A stretch of 64,000 nt of DNA, taken from the IMG/VR virus record IMGVR_UViG_2675903599_000007; one strand, written 5' to 3'. The translations under genes were made by a program, and so were the position numbers. The stretch comes from an uncultured virus (IMG/VR IMGVR_UViG_2675903599_000007). Lineage: Duplodnaviria > Heunggongvirae > Uroviricota > Caudoviricetes. The notes beneath the pieces were generated by a model. That model was not told the DNA's origin, ran no database searches, and worked only from the letters and a program-made list of their open reading frames with translations. Below, in pieces: positions 50,784 through 60,843 of the stretch (positions within the stretch are counted from its first letter, which is position 1; the number at the start of each line of letters is the position of its first letter).

Positions 50784-51434
50784 ATGAGCCTGAGTCCCGC
50801 ACGGCAGCATCGCCTGCGCGTTCAGGCTGAACAGGCCGCCCGTGAAGGCGGCAGTGTTCGCCACGCGTCGGGCTATGACCTGATGCTGCTGCAACTGGCG
50901 GAAGACCGCCGCCGTCTCAAGGGCGTTCAGTCCACGGTGAAAAAAGCGGAAATAAAGGTGGAGCTGCTGCCGAAATATGCCGCCTGGGCGGAGGGCGTCC
51001 TGGCTGCCGGAGGCGCTCAACAGGATGACGTGCTGATGTACGTGATGCTGTGGCGCATTGATGCCGGAGATTATGCCGGGGCGCTGGAGATCGGGCGTCA
51101 TGCCCTGCGTCATGGCTGGGTGATGCCGCTGGGTAACCGCAACGTGCAGACCGTGCTGGCAGAGGAAATGGCAGATGCAGCCCAGAGCGCAATGCTTGCC
51201 GCCACCGGCTTTGATGCCGATCTGTTGCTGCAGACGCTGGAGCTGACAGACGGTCTGGATATGCCGGACCAGTCACGGGCGCGTCTGCATAAAGCGATTG
51301 GCGCTGTCCTGAGTGAAAGCAATCCGGCTTCCGCCCTTAATCATCTTAACCATGCGTTACAGCTCGATCCCCGCTGTGGCGTGAAAAAAGACAAACAGCA
51401 GCTGGAGCGCAGACTGCGCAATGACAGCCGCTGA
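50784..51434 (+). CDS. M: Terminase endonuclease subunit gpM
   Basis: SPARQHR, WRIDAGD, GVKKD. Confidence 0.92.
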   Translation: MSLSPARQHRLRVQAEQAAREGGSVRHASGYDLMLLQLAEDRRRLKGVQSTVKKAEIKVELLPKYAAWAEGVLAAGGAQQDDVLMYVMLWRIDAGDYAGALEIGRHALRHGWVMPLGNRNVQTVLAEEMADAAQSAMLAATGFDADLLLQTLELTDGLDMPDQSRARLHKAIGAVLSESNPASALNHLNHALQLDPRCGVKKDKQQLERRLRNDSR

Positions 51435-51529
51435 CAGAACGTGCCCCCGCGCACGGGCGGCACGGGGTGGCGAAAGGCACCGCCACATCAAAACCCCGTC
51501 CACCGCCCTCTATTTCAGGAGAAAGCAGC

Positions 51530-51994
51530 ATGAAGTTTGTTGCGCCAGAACAGGCACCGGAACAGGCGGAAATCATCAGAAATACGCCGTTCTGGCCTGA
51601 TGTGGACCTGTCGGAGTTTCGCAGCGTGATGCGCACTGACGGCACGGTGACGCAGCCGCGTTTAAAGCAGGTTGCGCTGTCGGCAATTTCGGAGGTCAAC
51701 GCAGAGCTGTATGAGTTTCGCAGACGCCAGCAGATGCTGGGGTATGCCTCGCTGGCAGAGGTTCCGGCAGAACAGCTGGACGGGAAAAGTGAGCGCATTC
51801 AGCACTATTTCAACGCGGTTTACTGCTGGGCACGCGCCATGCTCAACGAACGATACCAGGACTATGACGCCACGGCATCCGGTGTGAAGCGCGGCGAAGA
51901 ACTGGCAGAAGCCAGCGGTGATTTGTGGCGTGACGCCCGCTGGGCCGTCAGCCGGGTGCAGGATGCGCCGCACTGCACAGTGGAGCTGATCTGA
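51530..51994 (+). CDS. L: Head completion protein gpL
   Basis: FWPDVDL...RDARWAV...VELI. Confidence 0.9.
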   Translation: MKFVAPEQAPEQAEIIRNTPFWPDVDLSEFRSVMRTDGTVTQPRLKQVALSAISEVNAELYEFRRRQQMLGYASLAEVPAEQLDGKSERIQHYFNAVYCWARAMLNERYQDYDATASGVKRGEELAEASGDLWRDARWAVSRVQDAPHCTVELI

Positions 51995-52197
51995 TGAAAG
52001 TGCGTGCGTACCAGGGTGACACGGTGGACGCGCTTTGCTGGCGTCATTACGGACGCACGCAGGGCGTCACGGAGCAGGTACTGCAGGCAAATCCGGGGCT
52101 GGCTGAGCACGGCCCGTTCTTACCACACGGGCTGCAGGTGGATCTGCCGGATATTGCCACCACCTCCACGGTGCAGACCGTCCAGTTATGGGACTGA
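51994..52197 (+). CDS. X: Tail protein gpX
   Basis: QGDTVDALCWRHYG...ANPGLA...VQLWD. Confidence 0.92.
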   Translation: MKVRAYQGDTVDALCWRHYGRTQGVTEQVLQANPGLAEHGPFLPHGLQVDLPDIATTSTVQTVQLWD

Positions 52198-52200
52198 AAT

Positions 52201-52416
52201 ATGACGCTTGAACGGATCAGCGCCTTCATCACGTACTGCATCGCTGTACTGCTGGCATGGATGGGAGATTTATCGCTTAAGGATGTGTCGACAGTGGGCG
52301 GTGTGTTGATTGGCGTGCTGATGCTGGCCATCAACTGGTACTACAAACACAAAACCTACCAGCTGCTGCGCGGCGGAAAAATTACACGGGGGGAATATGA
52401 ATCCTTCAACCGTTAA
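52201..52416 (+). CDS. Holin (HP1-like)
   Basis: Two TM segments and NWYYK; overlaps the lysin start. Confidence 0.85.
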   Translation: MTLERISAFITYCIAVLLAWMGDLSLKDVSTVGGVLIGVLMLAINWYYKHKTYQLLRGGKITRGEYESFNR

Positions 52417-52906
52417 ACGCTGCCTGGTAGGGGCGGTGCTGGCGATTGCCGCCACCCTGCCGGGCTTTCAGCAACTTCATACCTCAATGGAAGGGTTGAA
52501 GCTGATAGCCGATTACGAGGGCTGCCGCCTGCAGCCGTATCAGTGTGATGCGGGGGTGTGGACCGATGGCATTGGCAATACGTCCGGCGTGGTGCCGGGG
52601 AAGACCATCACGGAACGGCAGGCCGCCGGGAGTTTCATCACCAACGTTTTAAGGGTGGAGAAGGCGCTGGATCGCTGTGTCCTGGTGAGCGTACCGCAGA
52701 ACGTCTATGACGCGCTGGTATCGCTGGCCTTCAACGTGGGAACCGGCAATGCCTGCGGTTCAACCATGGTGAAGTTTATCAATCAGAAGCGCTGGCGCGA
52801 GGCCTGCTATCAGTTGCCACGCTGGGTATACGTCAAAGGCGTATTTAATCCGGGACTGGACAACCGCCGCGCGCGGGAGCTGTCCTGGTGCTTAAAAGGA
52901 GCGTAA
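52397..52906 (+). CDS. Endolysin (GH24 lysozyme, likely SAR-type)
   Basis: Basic plus hydrophobic N-terminus; EGC...DAGVWT catalytic region; AFNVG, GLDNRR. Confidence 0.9.
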   Translation: MNPSTVKRCLVGAVLAIAATLPGFQQLHTSMEGLKLIADYEGCRLQPYQCDAGVWTDGIGNTSGVVPGKTITERQAAGSFITNVLRVEKALDRCVLVSVPQNVYDALVSLAFNVGTGNACGSTMVKFINQKRWREACYQLPRWVYVKGVFNPGLDNRRARELSWCLKGA

Positions 52907-52910
52907 CGAA

Positions 52911-53294
52911 ATGAAAAAGAAACTGATCGGTGGGTTATTTTCGGTGCTGTACACGGCTCTGATGATTTTTAGTCTCTTTGTTCCAAACAATATTGTTCCG
53001 GCACTGGTTACAGCCTTGACCTGGATAGCCTGCCTGCTGAGCTGGGGAGCGGTGCTACTATGCCTGGCTGGATGGTATGCGGGCGGCACTCATCGGCGGG
53101 AGGCAAAGCAGGCGCTGACGCGCTTTTTCAGCACGCCAGGAAACCAGGTGATCCGATGGGCCAGGTGTTCACTACTTGTGATTTTTCTCCCCTTTACGGG
53201 CCACGTTGTCACCCTGGTATTTTATCTGCTGACGCTGGCCGCGCTTAAGGTTCTGCGTGCGCAGATTATTGATGCGGAGCCGGTGACGGTATGA
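52911..53294 (+). CDS. Membrane protein in the LysA position
   Basis: Multi-TM ORF between lysin and lysB. Confidence 0.65.
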   Translation: MKKKLIGGLFSVLYTALMIFSLFVPNNIVPALVTALTWIACLLSWGAVLLCLAGWYAGGTHRREAKQALTRFFSTPGNQVIRWARCSLLVIFLPFTGHVVTLVFYLLTLAALKVLRAQIIDAEPVTV

Positions 53295-53719
53295 CGAAGG
53301 CGCTGGCGGTAATTCTGGCGCTGGTAGTGCTGGCGCTTGGCTGGCAGTCATGGCGGATGAAGGAGGCCAGCCAGACCATCGAGCGGCAAGGGCGGGATCT
53401 GAAAACGACAGGCGAAAAACTGGCAAAGACGAACAGCCAGCTGATCGCCCTGTCCATCTTGTCCGAAACCAATAACCGGGAACAGGCAAGGCTTTACGCG
53501 GTGGCAGAAAGTACAAACGCGCTGCTGCGAAGCCGTCAGCGCAGAATTGAGGAGTTAAAACGTGAAAATGAGGATTTACGCCGCTGGGCTGACACTCTTC
53601 TGCCTGCTGACGTTATCAGGATGCGCGAACGTCCAGCCCTCGCCGGAGGTGCTGCTTACCGTGAATGGTTGTCCCAGAGTGACGCAGTGCCGCCTGGAAA
53701 AGTCGGTGGCACGCACTAA
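53291..53719 (+). CDS. lysB: LysB family i-spanin
   Basis: N-terminal TM, coiled coil, ENEDLRRWADT.LP. Confidence 0.87.
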   Translation: MTKALAVILALVVLALGWQSWRMKEASQTIERQGRDLKTTGEKLAKTNSQLIALSILSETNNREQARLYAVAESTNALLRSRQRRIEELKRENEDLRRWADTLLPADVIRMRERPALAGGAAYREWLSQSDAVPPGKVGGTH

Positions 53720-53852
53720 CGGCGATCTGCTGACCGCGCTGGATGAAGCGGAGGCGGCCTGGGCGGTCTGCGCCGATAAAGTGGACACGATAATTTCCTG
53801 TCAGGAGCGAAACAGTGAACAAGCCTCAATCCTTACGCCGCGCCCTGAATAA
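53562..53852 (+). CDS. lysC: LysC/Rz1-like o-spanin lipoprotein
   Basis: Lipobox LSG-C, CP.V..C, TNGDL...W..CA; overlaps lysB. Confidence 0.8.
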   Translation: MKMRIYAAGLTLFCLLTLSGCANVQPSPEVLLTVNGCPRVTQCRLEKSVARTNGDLLTALDEAEAAWAVCADKVDTIISCQERNSEQASILTPRPE

Positions 53853-54246
53853 CGCGGTGCCATATGTCCGTGATAACCCGGATAAGCTGCATTTGTTCGT
53901 TGATAACGGATCGGTGGTGGCAACCGGGGCAGCGTCACTTTCATGGGAATATCGTTACACCCTGAATGTGGTGATTGTGGATTTCAGCGGCGATCAGGGG
54001 TTATTGATGGCGCCGGTGGTGGCCTGGCTCATGGAGAATCAGCCGGATGCCATTCATAACCCGGAGCTGCGGGAAAAGTTGCTTTCCTTTGAAGTCGATA
54101 TTTTGCGCAATGATATCTGTGATATCAGCCTGAACCTGCAACTGACAGAGCGTGTGATAGTCAGCGCTGACGGTGACGTGTCCAGCGTCGAAGCAGTGCC
54201 GGAACCGGACGAACCGGACGAAATGTGGGCGGTGAGCCGTGGCTGA
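53815..54246 (+). CDS. R: Tail completion protein gpR
   Basis: MNKPQSLR...LHLFVD...LTERV. Confidence 0.9.
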   Translation: MNKPQSLRRALNNAVPYVRDNPDKLHLFVDNGSVVATGAASLSWEYRYTLNVVIVDFSGDQGLLMAPVVAWLMENQPDAIHNPELREKLLSFEVDILRNDICDISLNLQLTERVIVSADGDVSSVEAVPEPDEPDEMWAVSRG

Positions 54247-54685
54247 TCTGCAGGAAGTTGACGCCTGGTTAGATGCGCTCTTGGCGGGTCTGGAGCCTGC
54301 CGCACGTAAGCGCATGATGCGGGAGCTGGCGCAGCAGCTGCGCCTCAACCAGCAGAAAAATATCAGGATGCAGCGCAACCCGGACGGGACGGCTTACGAG
54401 CCGCGTCGCGTGACGGCCAGAACGAAACAGGGCCGCATCCGTCGGCAGATGTTTGCAAAACTCCGCACAACAAAATACCTGAAAGCCGTCGCCAGCCAGG
54501 ACTCGGCAAGCGTCGAGTTTGAGAGCCGTGTGCAGCGCATAGCCCGTGTGCATCACTATGGCTTGCGTGATCGGGTCAGCCGTAAAGGCCCTGTGATTAC
54601 TTATCCGCATCGACGATTACTAGGAGCTAATCATCATGTCATTGAGTTAATTCACAATAGTTTATATAGATGGTTGTTTAATTAA
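54239..54685 (+). CDS. S: Virion morphogenesis protein gpS
   Basis: QRNPDG..YEPR, IARVHHYG, RRLLG. Confidence 0.9.
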   Translation: MADLQEVDAWLDALLAGLEPAARKRMMRELAQQLRLNQQKNIRMQRNPDGTAYEPRRVTARTKQGRIRRQMFAKLRTTKYLKAVASQDSASVEFESRVQRIARVHHYGLRDRVSRKGPVITYPHRRLLGANHHVIELIHNSLYRWLFN

Positions 54686-55374
54686 TTTTCATTTTTAAAT
54701 TTACTTTTTGTTTGTGCTGCTATAGCCTCTGTTAGCCCTGCAATTAATTTTTCTTGTGGAGGATGCGGGGTTTTATCAAAGCTGATATTGTGATTCCTTA
54801 AGGCATCTAGAGTAGACGAGAATTTTGATATATCTCCCCGAGATAGCATATATGCTATCTTTTGGTTCTCATAATCATTGCTAAGTTGCATGTAATATTT
54901 GGTAAAAATAACAAATATGCGTGTTACATATCCTATAAATAAAAGAACGGAAAAGCTAATTAATATAGAGGCTATTGAATCGGCTATTTTTTCTGACTTG
55001 TCTTTTTTGAGGTAAATTAAATCATCAGGTTGTAACTTGAATCTATCATTTCTAGCGGTGTTGGCATCGCTAACGCTATTATTTTTGTCATGTAGGTTTT
55101 GTGTTTTTGTATTGAAAAAGGCCTCTAAGGCTTTTGTGTAGTTATTTAGAATAGTGGTTGCTTGATATAGTTCATTATTTCCATCAATCATGCTTGATAT
55201 GAAATTTGTTATTGGGTTGTTGTTTTTTGATTTGATTGCGAAGATTCCGGTTAATACTAGGGCAGTGGCCAACAAAAGAATGTATATAAAAGTGATTGTT
55301 ATTCTTCTTGTGCTAATACTTCTTGTGTTTAACTCTTTTAAAGTTTCTAAATAAATTTTTTGTTCTTCGTCCAT
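54682..55374 (-). CDS. AT-rich moron, two-TM membrane protein
   Basis: Antisense ORF between S and V; start 55374 or 55422; two hydrophobic helices. Confidence 0.75.
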   Translation of the reverse strand: MDEEQKIYLETLKELNTRSISTRRITITFIYILLLATALVLTGIFAIKSKNNNPITNFISSMIDGNNELYQATTILNNYTKALEAFFNTKTQNLHDKNNSVSDANTARNDRFKLQPDDLIYLKKDKSEKIADSIASILISFSVLLFIGYVTRIFVIFTKYYMQLSNDYENQKIAYMLSRGDISKFSSTLDALRNHNISFDKTPHPPQEKLIAGLTEAIAAQTKSKFKNEN

Positions 55375-55468
55375 ATCTTTCTCTCTTGCTGTACCAGAAG
55401 TATTGTACTGTTGTTCATACAATCTACCTGAACTATCTAAAAAGTCGACAAACAGTCATCCTGATTGG

Positions 55469-56041
55469 ATGAATACTCAACTAACCGAAATCATGCGCCT
55501 TATCACTAATCTGATCCGCACCGGCATTGTGACCGAAGTGGACCGGGACAGCTGGCTGTGCCGGGTGAAAACGGGCGACCTCGAAACCAACTGGATTAAC
55601 TGGCTGACCTACCGTGCAGGTAAATCCCGCACCTGGTGGTGCCCGTCTCCAGGGGAGCAGGTGGTGCTGTTCAGCCTGGGCGGCAATCTGGAGACAGCCT
55701 TTGCGCTTCCGGCCATCTACTCCAACGCCTGCCCGCCGCCGTCAGACTCTGAAAGTGCGGACGTGACCGCATACGAGGATGGCGGCTGGTTCGAATACGA
55801 CCCCGCCACCGGGCGCTGGATTATTCGCGGCGTGAAAAGCGTGCTGATTGAGTCTTCGCAGGTTGTCTCCTGCAAAACCGGTGAGTTTGTGATCGAGGCT
55901 GACACCACCCGTATTAACAGCAATGTGATCCTGAATGGCGATGTGACCCACGGCGGCGGCGCGATGACGTCAAACGGCGTCGTTGCTGATAAGCATAAAC
56001 ACCCTGGCGACAGTGGCGGAACGACAGGAGACCCATTTTGA
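55469..56041 (+). CDS. V: Baseplate spike gpV
   Basis: NLIRTG, WWCPSPGEQV, HKH metal motif. Confidence 0.92.
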   Translation: MNTQLTEIMRLITNLIRTGIVTEVDRDSWLCRVKTGDLETNWINWLTYRAGKSRTWWCPSPGEQVVLFSLGGNLETAFALPAIYSNACPPPSDSESADVTAYEDGGWFEYDPATGRWIIRGVKSVLIESSQVVSCKTGEFVIEADTTRINSNVILNGDVTHGGGAMTSNGVVADKHKHPGDSGGTTGDPF

Positions 56042-56400
56042 CGCTCTATATCGGGATGAGCCGCGATACCGGCAGAGCTATTACGGAATCTGACCACCTG
56101 CGTCAGTCGGTGCGTGACATTTTGCTGACCCCGCAAGGGAGCCGGCTTGCGCGCCGGGAGTATGGTTCCCTGCTTTCAGCGCTCATTGACCAGCCGCAAA
56201 ACCCGGCGCTGCGCCTGCAAATCATGGCTGCGGTGTATGTGGCGCTGCGGCGCTGGGAGCCGCGGCTGCAACTGGACACCATCACGGTTAACAGCAGCAA
56301 CATGGATGGCGCAATGGTTATTGAGCTGGCAGGCCAGCGTAATGACGGCGTGCCCGTGTCCCTTTCCGTATCGACAGGAGCAGACAATGGCCGTTATTGA
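56038..56400 (+). CDS. W: Baseplate protein gpW
   Basis: HLRQSVRDILLTPQGSR..RREYGS...WEPR. Confidence 0.92.
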   Translation: MTLYIGMSRDTGRAITESDHLRQSVRDILLTPQGSRLARREYGSLLSALIDQPQNPALRLQIMAAVYVALRRWEPRLQLDTITVNSSNMDGAMVIELAGQRNDGVPVSLSVSTGADNGRY

Positions 56401-57295
56401 CCTTTCCCAGCTGCCGCCGCCGCAAATTGTGGATGTGCCGGATTTTGAAACCCTGCTGACTGAGCGCAAGGCTGAATTTGTCGCGTTATTTCCGGCAGAA
56501 GAACAGGAGGCCGTGGCCCGCACCTTAACGCTTGAGTCTGAGCCGGTGGTGAAAATGCTGCAGGAAAATGTGTACCGGGAGTTGCTGCTGCGCCAGAGGA
56601 TTAACGAGGCAGCGAGAGCCGTGATGGTGGCCTATTCCGGCGGGGATGACCTGGACAATTTAGGCGCAAATAACAACGTACAGCGCCGGGTGATTACAGC
56701 TGCAGATGACACCACAACACCACCCACGGAGGCGGTAATGGAATCTGACGCGGATTATCGCCAGCGCATTCCTGCTGCATTTGAGGGGATGAGCGTTGCC
56801 GGACCAGTCGGAGCCTATGAATATCACGCGCTTAGCTCGGATGGTCGGGTGGCGGATGCGTCAGCGTTCAGCCCGTCACCGGCAGAAGTCGTGGTGACTA
56901 TTCTGGCCCGCGACGGCGATGGTACTGCGCCTGAAGACTTACTGCAGGTCGTCGGTGAGGCCCTGAATGATGAGGCTGTGCGGCCAGTGGCGGATCGGGT
57001 GAGCGTCCGATCTGCTGAGATTGTCCCCTATGAAATTGATGCGGTTCTTTATGTCTACCCCGGCCCGGCTAAGGAACCCATCCTGGCGGCAGCGAAAGCG
57101 CAGGGCACGGCATACATCAACGAGCAGCGTCGCCTGGGGCGTGATGTGCGGTTGTCCGCGATCTATGCCGCGCTGCATGTTCAGGGTGTCCAGCGCGTCG
57201 AACTGATAAAGCCACTGACGGACATGGTGCTAGATAAAACGCAGGCGTCATATTGCACCGATTTTAAAGCAGAAATTGGTGGCTCTGATGACTAG
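56387..57295 (+). CDS. J: Baseplate protein gpJ
   Basis: IDLSQLPPP, ESDADYR, SVAGP.GAY, RPVADRV. Confidence 0.93.
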   Translation: MAVIDLSQLPPPQIVDVPDFETLLTERKAEFVALFPAEEQEAVARTLTLESEPVVKMLQENVYRELLLRQRINEAARAVMVAYSGGDDLDNLGANNNVQRRVITAADDTTTPPTEAVMESDADYRQRIPAAFEGMSVAGPVGAYEYHALSSDGRVADASAFSPSPAEVVVTILARDGDGTAPEDLLQVVGEALNDEAVRPVADRVSVRSAEIVPYEIDAVLYVYPGPAKEPILAAAKAQGTAYINEQRRLGRDVRLSAIYAALHVQGVQRVELIKPLTDMVLDKTQASYCTDFKAEIGGSDD

Positions 57296-57887
57296 CAGCC
57301 TGTTGCCGCCGGGGTCGTCTGCGCTGGAGCGCAGGCTGGCGCAAGCCTGTTCAGGTATCAGTGATTTAAACGTGCCGCTGCGTGACCTGTGGAACCCGTG
57401 GAAATGCCCGGCAAAGTTTCTGCCGTACCTGGCCTGGGCTTTCTCCGTTGATCGATGGGAGGAAACCTGGACAGAAACCGCTAAGCGGCAGGCAGTAAGT
57501 GATGCGTTCTGGATCCATCAGCGAAAAGGAACGGTGGCGGCAGTTAAGCGGGTGATCGAGGGGCTGGGGTATTCGATGACCATTGAGGAATGGTGGGAGG
57601 TGGCCGACCCCGCCGGGACGTTTCGGCTTGAGATCGATCTGAATGAAATCGGCATCACTGAGCCGATGATTTATGAGCTTGAGAGGATTATAGGTGATGC
57701 CAAACCGGCGAGCAGACACATCTCTCAGATGACATTGTCTACTACCTCTCGCGGTATTGCGCATCTTGGTGCTGCCGCAATTATTGGCGACGAAGTAAGT
57801 GTTTATCCGCAGCAATATAAGCCGGGCAACGATATTTTTTACGATGGCCTGATTTTCCATGACGGCAATTATCAGTATGAGGAATGA
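57288..57887 (+). CDS. I: Tail protein gpI
   Basis: SLLPPGSS.LER, LPYLAWAFSVDRW, KGT, AKPASRH. Confidence 0.92.
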   Translation: MTSSLLPPGSSALERRLAQACSGISDLNVPLRDLWNPWKCPAKFLPYLAWAFSVDRWEETWTETAKRQAVSDAFWIHQRKGTVAAVKRVIEGLGYSMTIEEWWEVADPAGTFRLEIDLNEIGITEPMIYELERIIGDAKPASRHISQMTLSTTSRGIAHLGAAAIIGDEVSVYPQQYKPGNDIFYDGLIFHDGNYQYEE

Positions 57888-57888
57888 T

Positions 57889-60840
57889 ATGGCGAGCATA
57901 AAAGAATTGCCGCGCTGGGAAGATGAGGTCTATCAGATCGCGCGTGGTGATAAAGTAGAAGGTGGTGTCGGTGGTATAGCGAATATGCAGGCGAAGACGC
58001 TGGCAGAACGTACCCGGTATCTAAAAAACGTTGTTGAATCTATTCCGGATTACCGCGAATTCACATTTTATAAAACTGAAAATGATCCGGAAGGAAAGTT
58101 AGCTGGAATCGCTGAAACCCATGACGGCCAGCTATTTCGTGTTGCTCAGGGGATCGATAGCGAAAACTCTTTTATCTATTATCGGAATGATGATGGTGAT
58201 GCTGTTCCGGTTGCATGGCAGCCTGGCACAGAGTTAGTCAAAATATTGAGCAACCTGATTAGTGATCAGGGAGATAACCCATTTTCTGTCGTTTTCGATA
58301 ATGGGCTTTCTCCGTTGGGCTATAAAAATGGACGCTTATACGCTGATGAATTTGAAAAGCTATACTCCTCAGATTCCGGGTTAGAGTTTGGTGGCAGCAT
58401 AATTGATAATAATCCTCCAGAAGGTTGGAGATTTGTTATTTACTACCGCAACGGGTTAGTGATGTGTGGTCAAAAAGATGACGGCACAATGATCGGTTTT
58501 GGTGAGGGGGGGAGCGGTGGCGGTTCTATTGAACCAGGTGATACAGCTCCTGACTATGATTCAATTCGAATGTATTCAGGTACAGCGACAGTGCGTGACG
58601 TAGTTGGGAAACGCGCTGGCGGTCGTTTTGTTGTTAATCCGGATGACACCACATCGGAGGAGATCCCCGGAGGGATACTGGTCGATGTGCTGGGGCGTCG
58701 ATGGTATCGACAGGCTGATTTTGTTTCCTATGATATGTTTCTTGCGCCGCGAATACCCGCAGCGACTCTGTTGTCCGTACAGGTTGCACTGGCAATGGGG
58801 AACAGGTCATCAGCAATAGCATACCTCGCAGGAGTGGAGGCAGCAGATAAAGCTATCCAGGCGGCTCACCGCTTTGCGAACATCATGAAAATCCCCGTAC
58901 GTCAGAATGACGGTGCATTCCTGATGTTGGTTGATCATGAAGCAGAAGTACGAACAAATACCGACCTGTCAGGGGCGATAATTCTTACCTCTGCAAATTC
59001 CGGTGTGAACGAGATACGCTGGGGACCTTTACGACTGCTTGACCCTTCAGCACCTGAACCGATGCGCATGTTCAACATAAAAGGTAAACCGCGTATTGAA
59101 CTGACAGCTGAAGAGTTAGCGACATTTAACGCAACGTATTCAAAGTATCTGAAAAAAGGCTCTCAGTACCTGCCTTATCCGAAACTGTACGCGTATTACG
59201 GTGGGATGTTCTATGCGCTGTCGCATGAAGTGGAAATTTACCGCAATGGAGAAAGGAATAAGCCGCGTGACCGCGTGTTATACCGAGAGTTTTCACGTAT
59301 TGGAAAAAATGGCGCATTGACCGAGAGGATTGTGAAAGACATTCCAGACGGGACGATTGGATATGCCGCCATTATACAGAAAGAAGATGATTTTCTGGAA
59401 TTTAAATGCCCGCATTTTATTGAACTGGGCGACAGTCGTCGATTCCTGAATATCGAAGTCTCCAGGCCGATGGTGCGCATTAAAAATCTGGTGCATACGT
59501 CATGGCAGACTAACGCAACAAGCCTCGAAAGCCGCGTGGTTATTTCTGCGCGAGAGGTTTTTGACGTATTTTGCGAATACGGAGAAACCACTTGTCACCC
59601 GGCCGAGAACGGTTCATATGTCATTTGCATTCGTGATACCTGTAACGTGCATATCGATAACTATTACGGACTGCATGGCTGGGGGTTACAGGGGCATCAC
59701 GGAATAAAGGGTTTATACGGCAACAGAAATACGTTTAACCGCGTTGATTTCCACAGCTTCGGGTACGATGTTTTCTTCAAAGATCTGACTGTGAAAGGCA
59801 GGCAAATCAACCTGCAGGGAGGTAATGAGTGGTCGATAGAGAAACTTCGGCTGTATATCACCCGTACCAGTGGCGATGCAGTGGAGTATTTCCTTAACTA
59901 CGCCATCGGCATGAGGCAGGACTATGCCAGTGACTGTGATGGCATTCTCAATATTGATGGTGTCACGGTGATGTGGGACAGAGGGCTACCCGCATGGTAC
60001 AACACGACCCGGTCATTTGACCTTGTCAGAATTATCGATACAGCCAACTCTCTTGATCAGGGGATTGACAGCAAATTACCCCCCGTTATCAGAATTCGCA
60101 ATGTCGTGTTTGACCTTGCCGGCATCCAGACCGGAAGACCGAATGACAATTTTGAGTTCTGCGCTGTTACGGCCTTACGTTCTCAGTTTACCGACTACTC
60201 GGTAACCGGACGTAAAACGCTGCTACCCGACAATATCACCGTTGACGGAATGACAGCTATTAACGTTCAGCCCACGCAGAACGCGGTGATGTGCGGCATC
60301 AAATTGCCTGCCGACCTCTATCAGAACACTGTGGGCTCACGCAACAAAAAGGGCAGCGACGGGACGAACGCCCGCATAACGCTGCGCAACCTGCACAGCG
60401 TTATCAACAATCCGTCTATCGAGCTGGCTGCAGCCCAGACCGTCGATATTCCGGGAAACGCGGCAACCTGGACCGCTGATTACCTGAACAGTGATTACAG
60501 CTGGATACCGCGGATTATCCTGGAAAATTGTATCCCGGCAATTATCCATGCTCCTGGCGCAAAAGCTGTTGTCGATATTCATGGCGGCAAGCTGGCGCGG
60601 GTCTACACCAACGGCAATAGCAACCGCTGCCGGGTCACTGGTGCTGATATTGAGCTGATACCTGATGCGGCGGGTGTGACCTATTTCGCAGCAGATAAAA
60701 CGCTGGTGACGGGCTGTTCATGGCTGAACCCGGCCAGTGGTGCAACCTATCCAGGTACGTTACGTGGTTCAGGAAACGAAATGATCGGAGAAAGTGCTAA
60801 AGCACCAAACCTTCCTGCAAAAGCTTTTATTGAGGAATAA
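57889..60840 (+). CDS. Large tailspike/receptor-binding protein, putative polysaccharide depolymerase
   Basis: N-terminal anchor (WEDEVYQI..GD.V.GG..GIAN.QA..LA.RT.YLK); AIQAAH helix followed by a long beta-rich region; in tail locus. Confidence 0.7.
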   Translation: MASIKELPRWEDEVYQIARGDKVEGGVGGIANMQAKTLAERTRYLKNVVESIPDYREFTFYKTENDPEGKLAGIAETHDGQLFRVAQGIDSENSFIYYRNDDGDAVPVAWQPGTELVKILSNLISDQGDNPFSVVFDNGLSPLGYKNGRLYADEFEKLYSSDSGLEFGGSIIDNNPPEGWRFVIYYRNGLVMCGQKDDGTMIGFGEGGSGGGSIEPGDTAPDYDSIRMYSGTATVRDVVGKRAGGRFVVNPDDTTSEEIPGGILVDVLGRRWYRQADFVSYDMFLAPRIPAATLLSVQVALAMGNRSSAIAYLAGVEAADKAIQAAHRFANIMKIPVRQNDGAFLMLVDHEAEVRTNTDLSGAIILTSANSGVNEIRWGPLRLLDPSAPEPMRMFNIKGKPRIELTAEELATFNATYSKYLKKGSQYLPYPKLYAYYGGMFYALSHEVEIYRNGERNKPRDRVLYREFSRIGKNGALTERIVKDIPDGTIGYAAIIQKEDDFLEFKCPHFIELGDSRRFLNIEVSRPMVRIKNLVHTSWQTNATSLESRVVISAREVFDVFCEYGETTCHPAENGSYVICIRDTCNVHIDNYYGLHGWGLQGHHGIKGLYGNRNTFNRVDFHSFGYDVFFKDLTVKGRQINLQGGNEWSIEKLRLYITRTSGDAVEYFLNYAIGMRQDYASDCDGILNIDGVTVMWDRGLPAWYNTTRSFDLVRIIDTANSLDQGIDSKLPPVIRIRNVVFDLAGIQTGRPNDNFEFCAVTALRSQFTDYSVTGRKTLLPDNITVDGMTAINVQPTQNAVMCGIKLPADLYQNTVGSRNKKGSDGTNARITLRNLHSVINNPSIELAAAQTVDIPGNAATWTADYLNSDYSWIPRIILENCIPAIIHAPGAKAVVDIHGGKLARVYTNGNSNRCRVTGADIELIPDAAGVTYFAADKTLVTGCSWLNPASGATYPGTLRGSGNEMIGESAKAPNLPAKAFIEE

Positions 60841-60843
60841 TAA

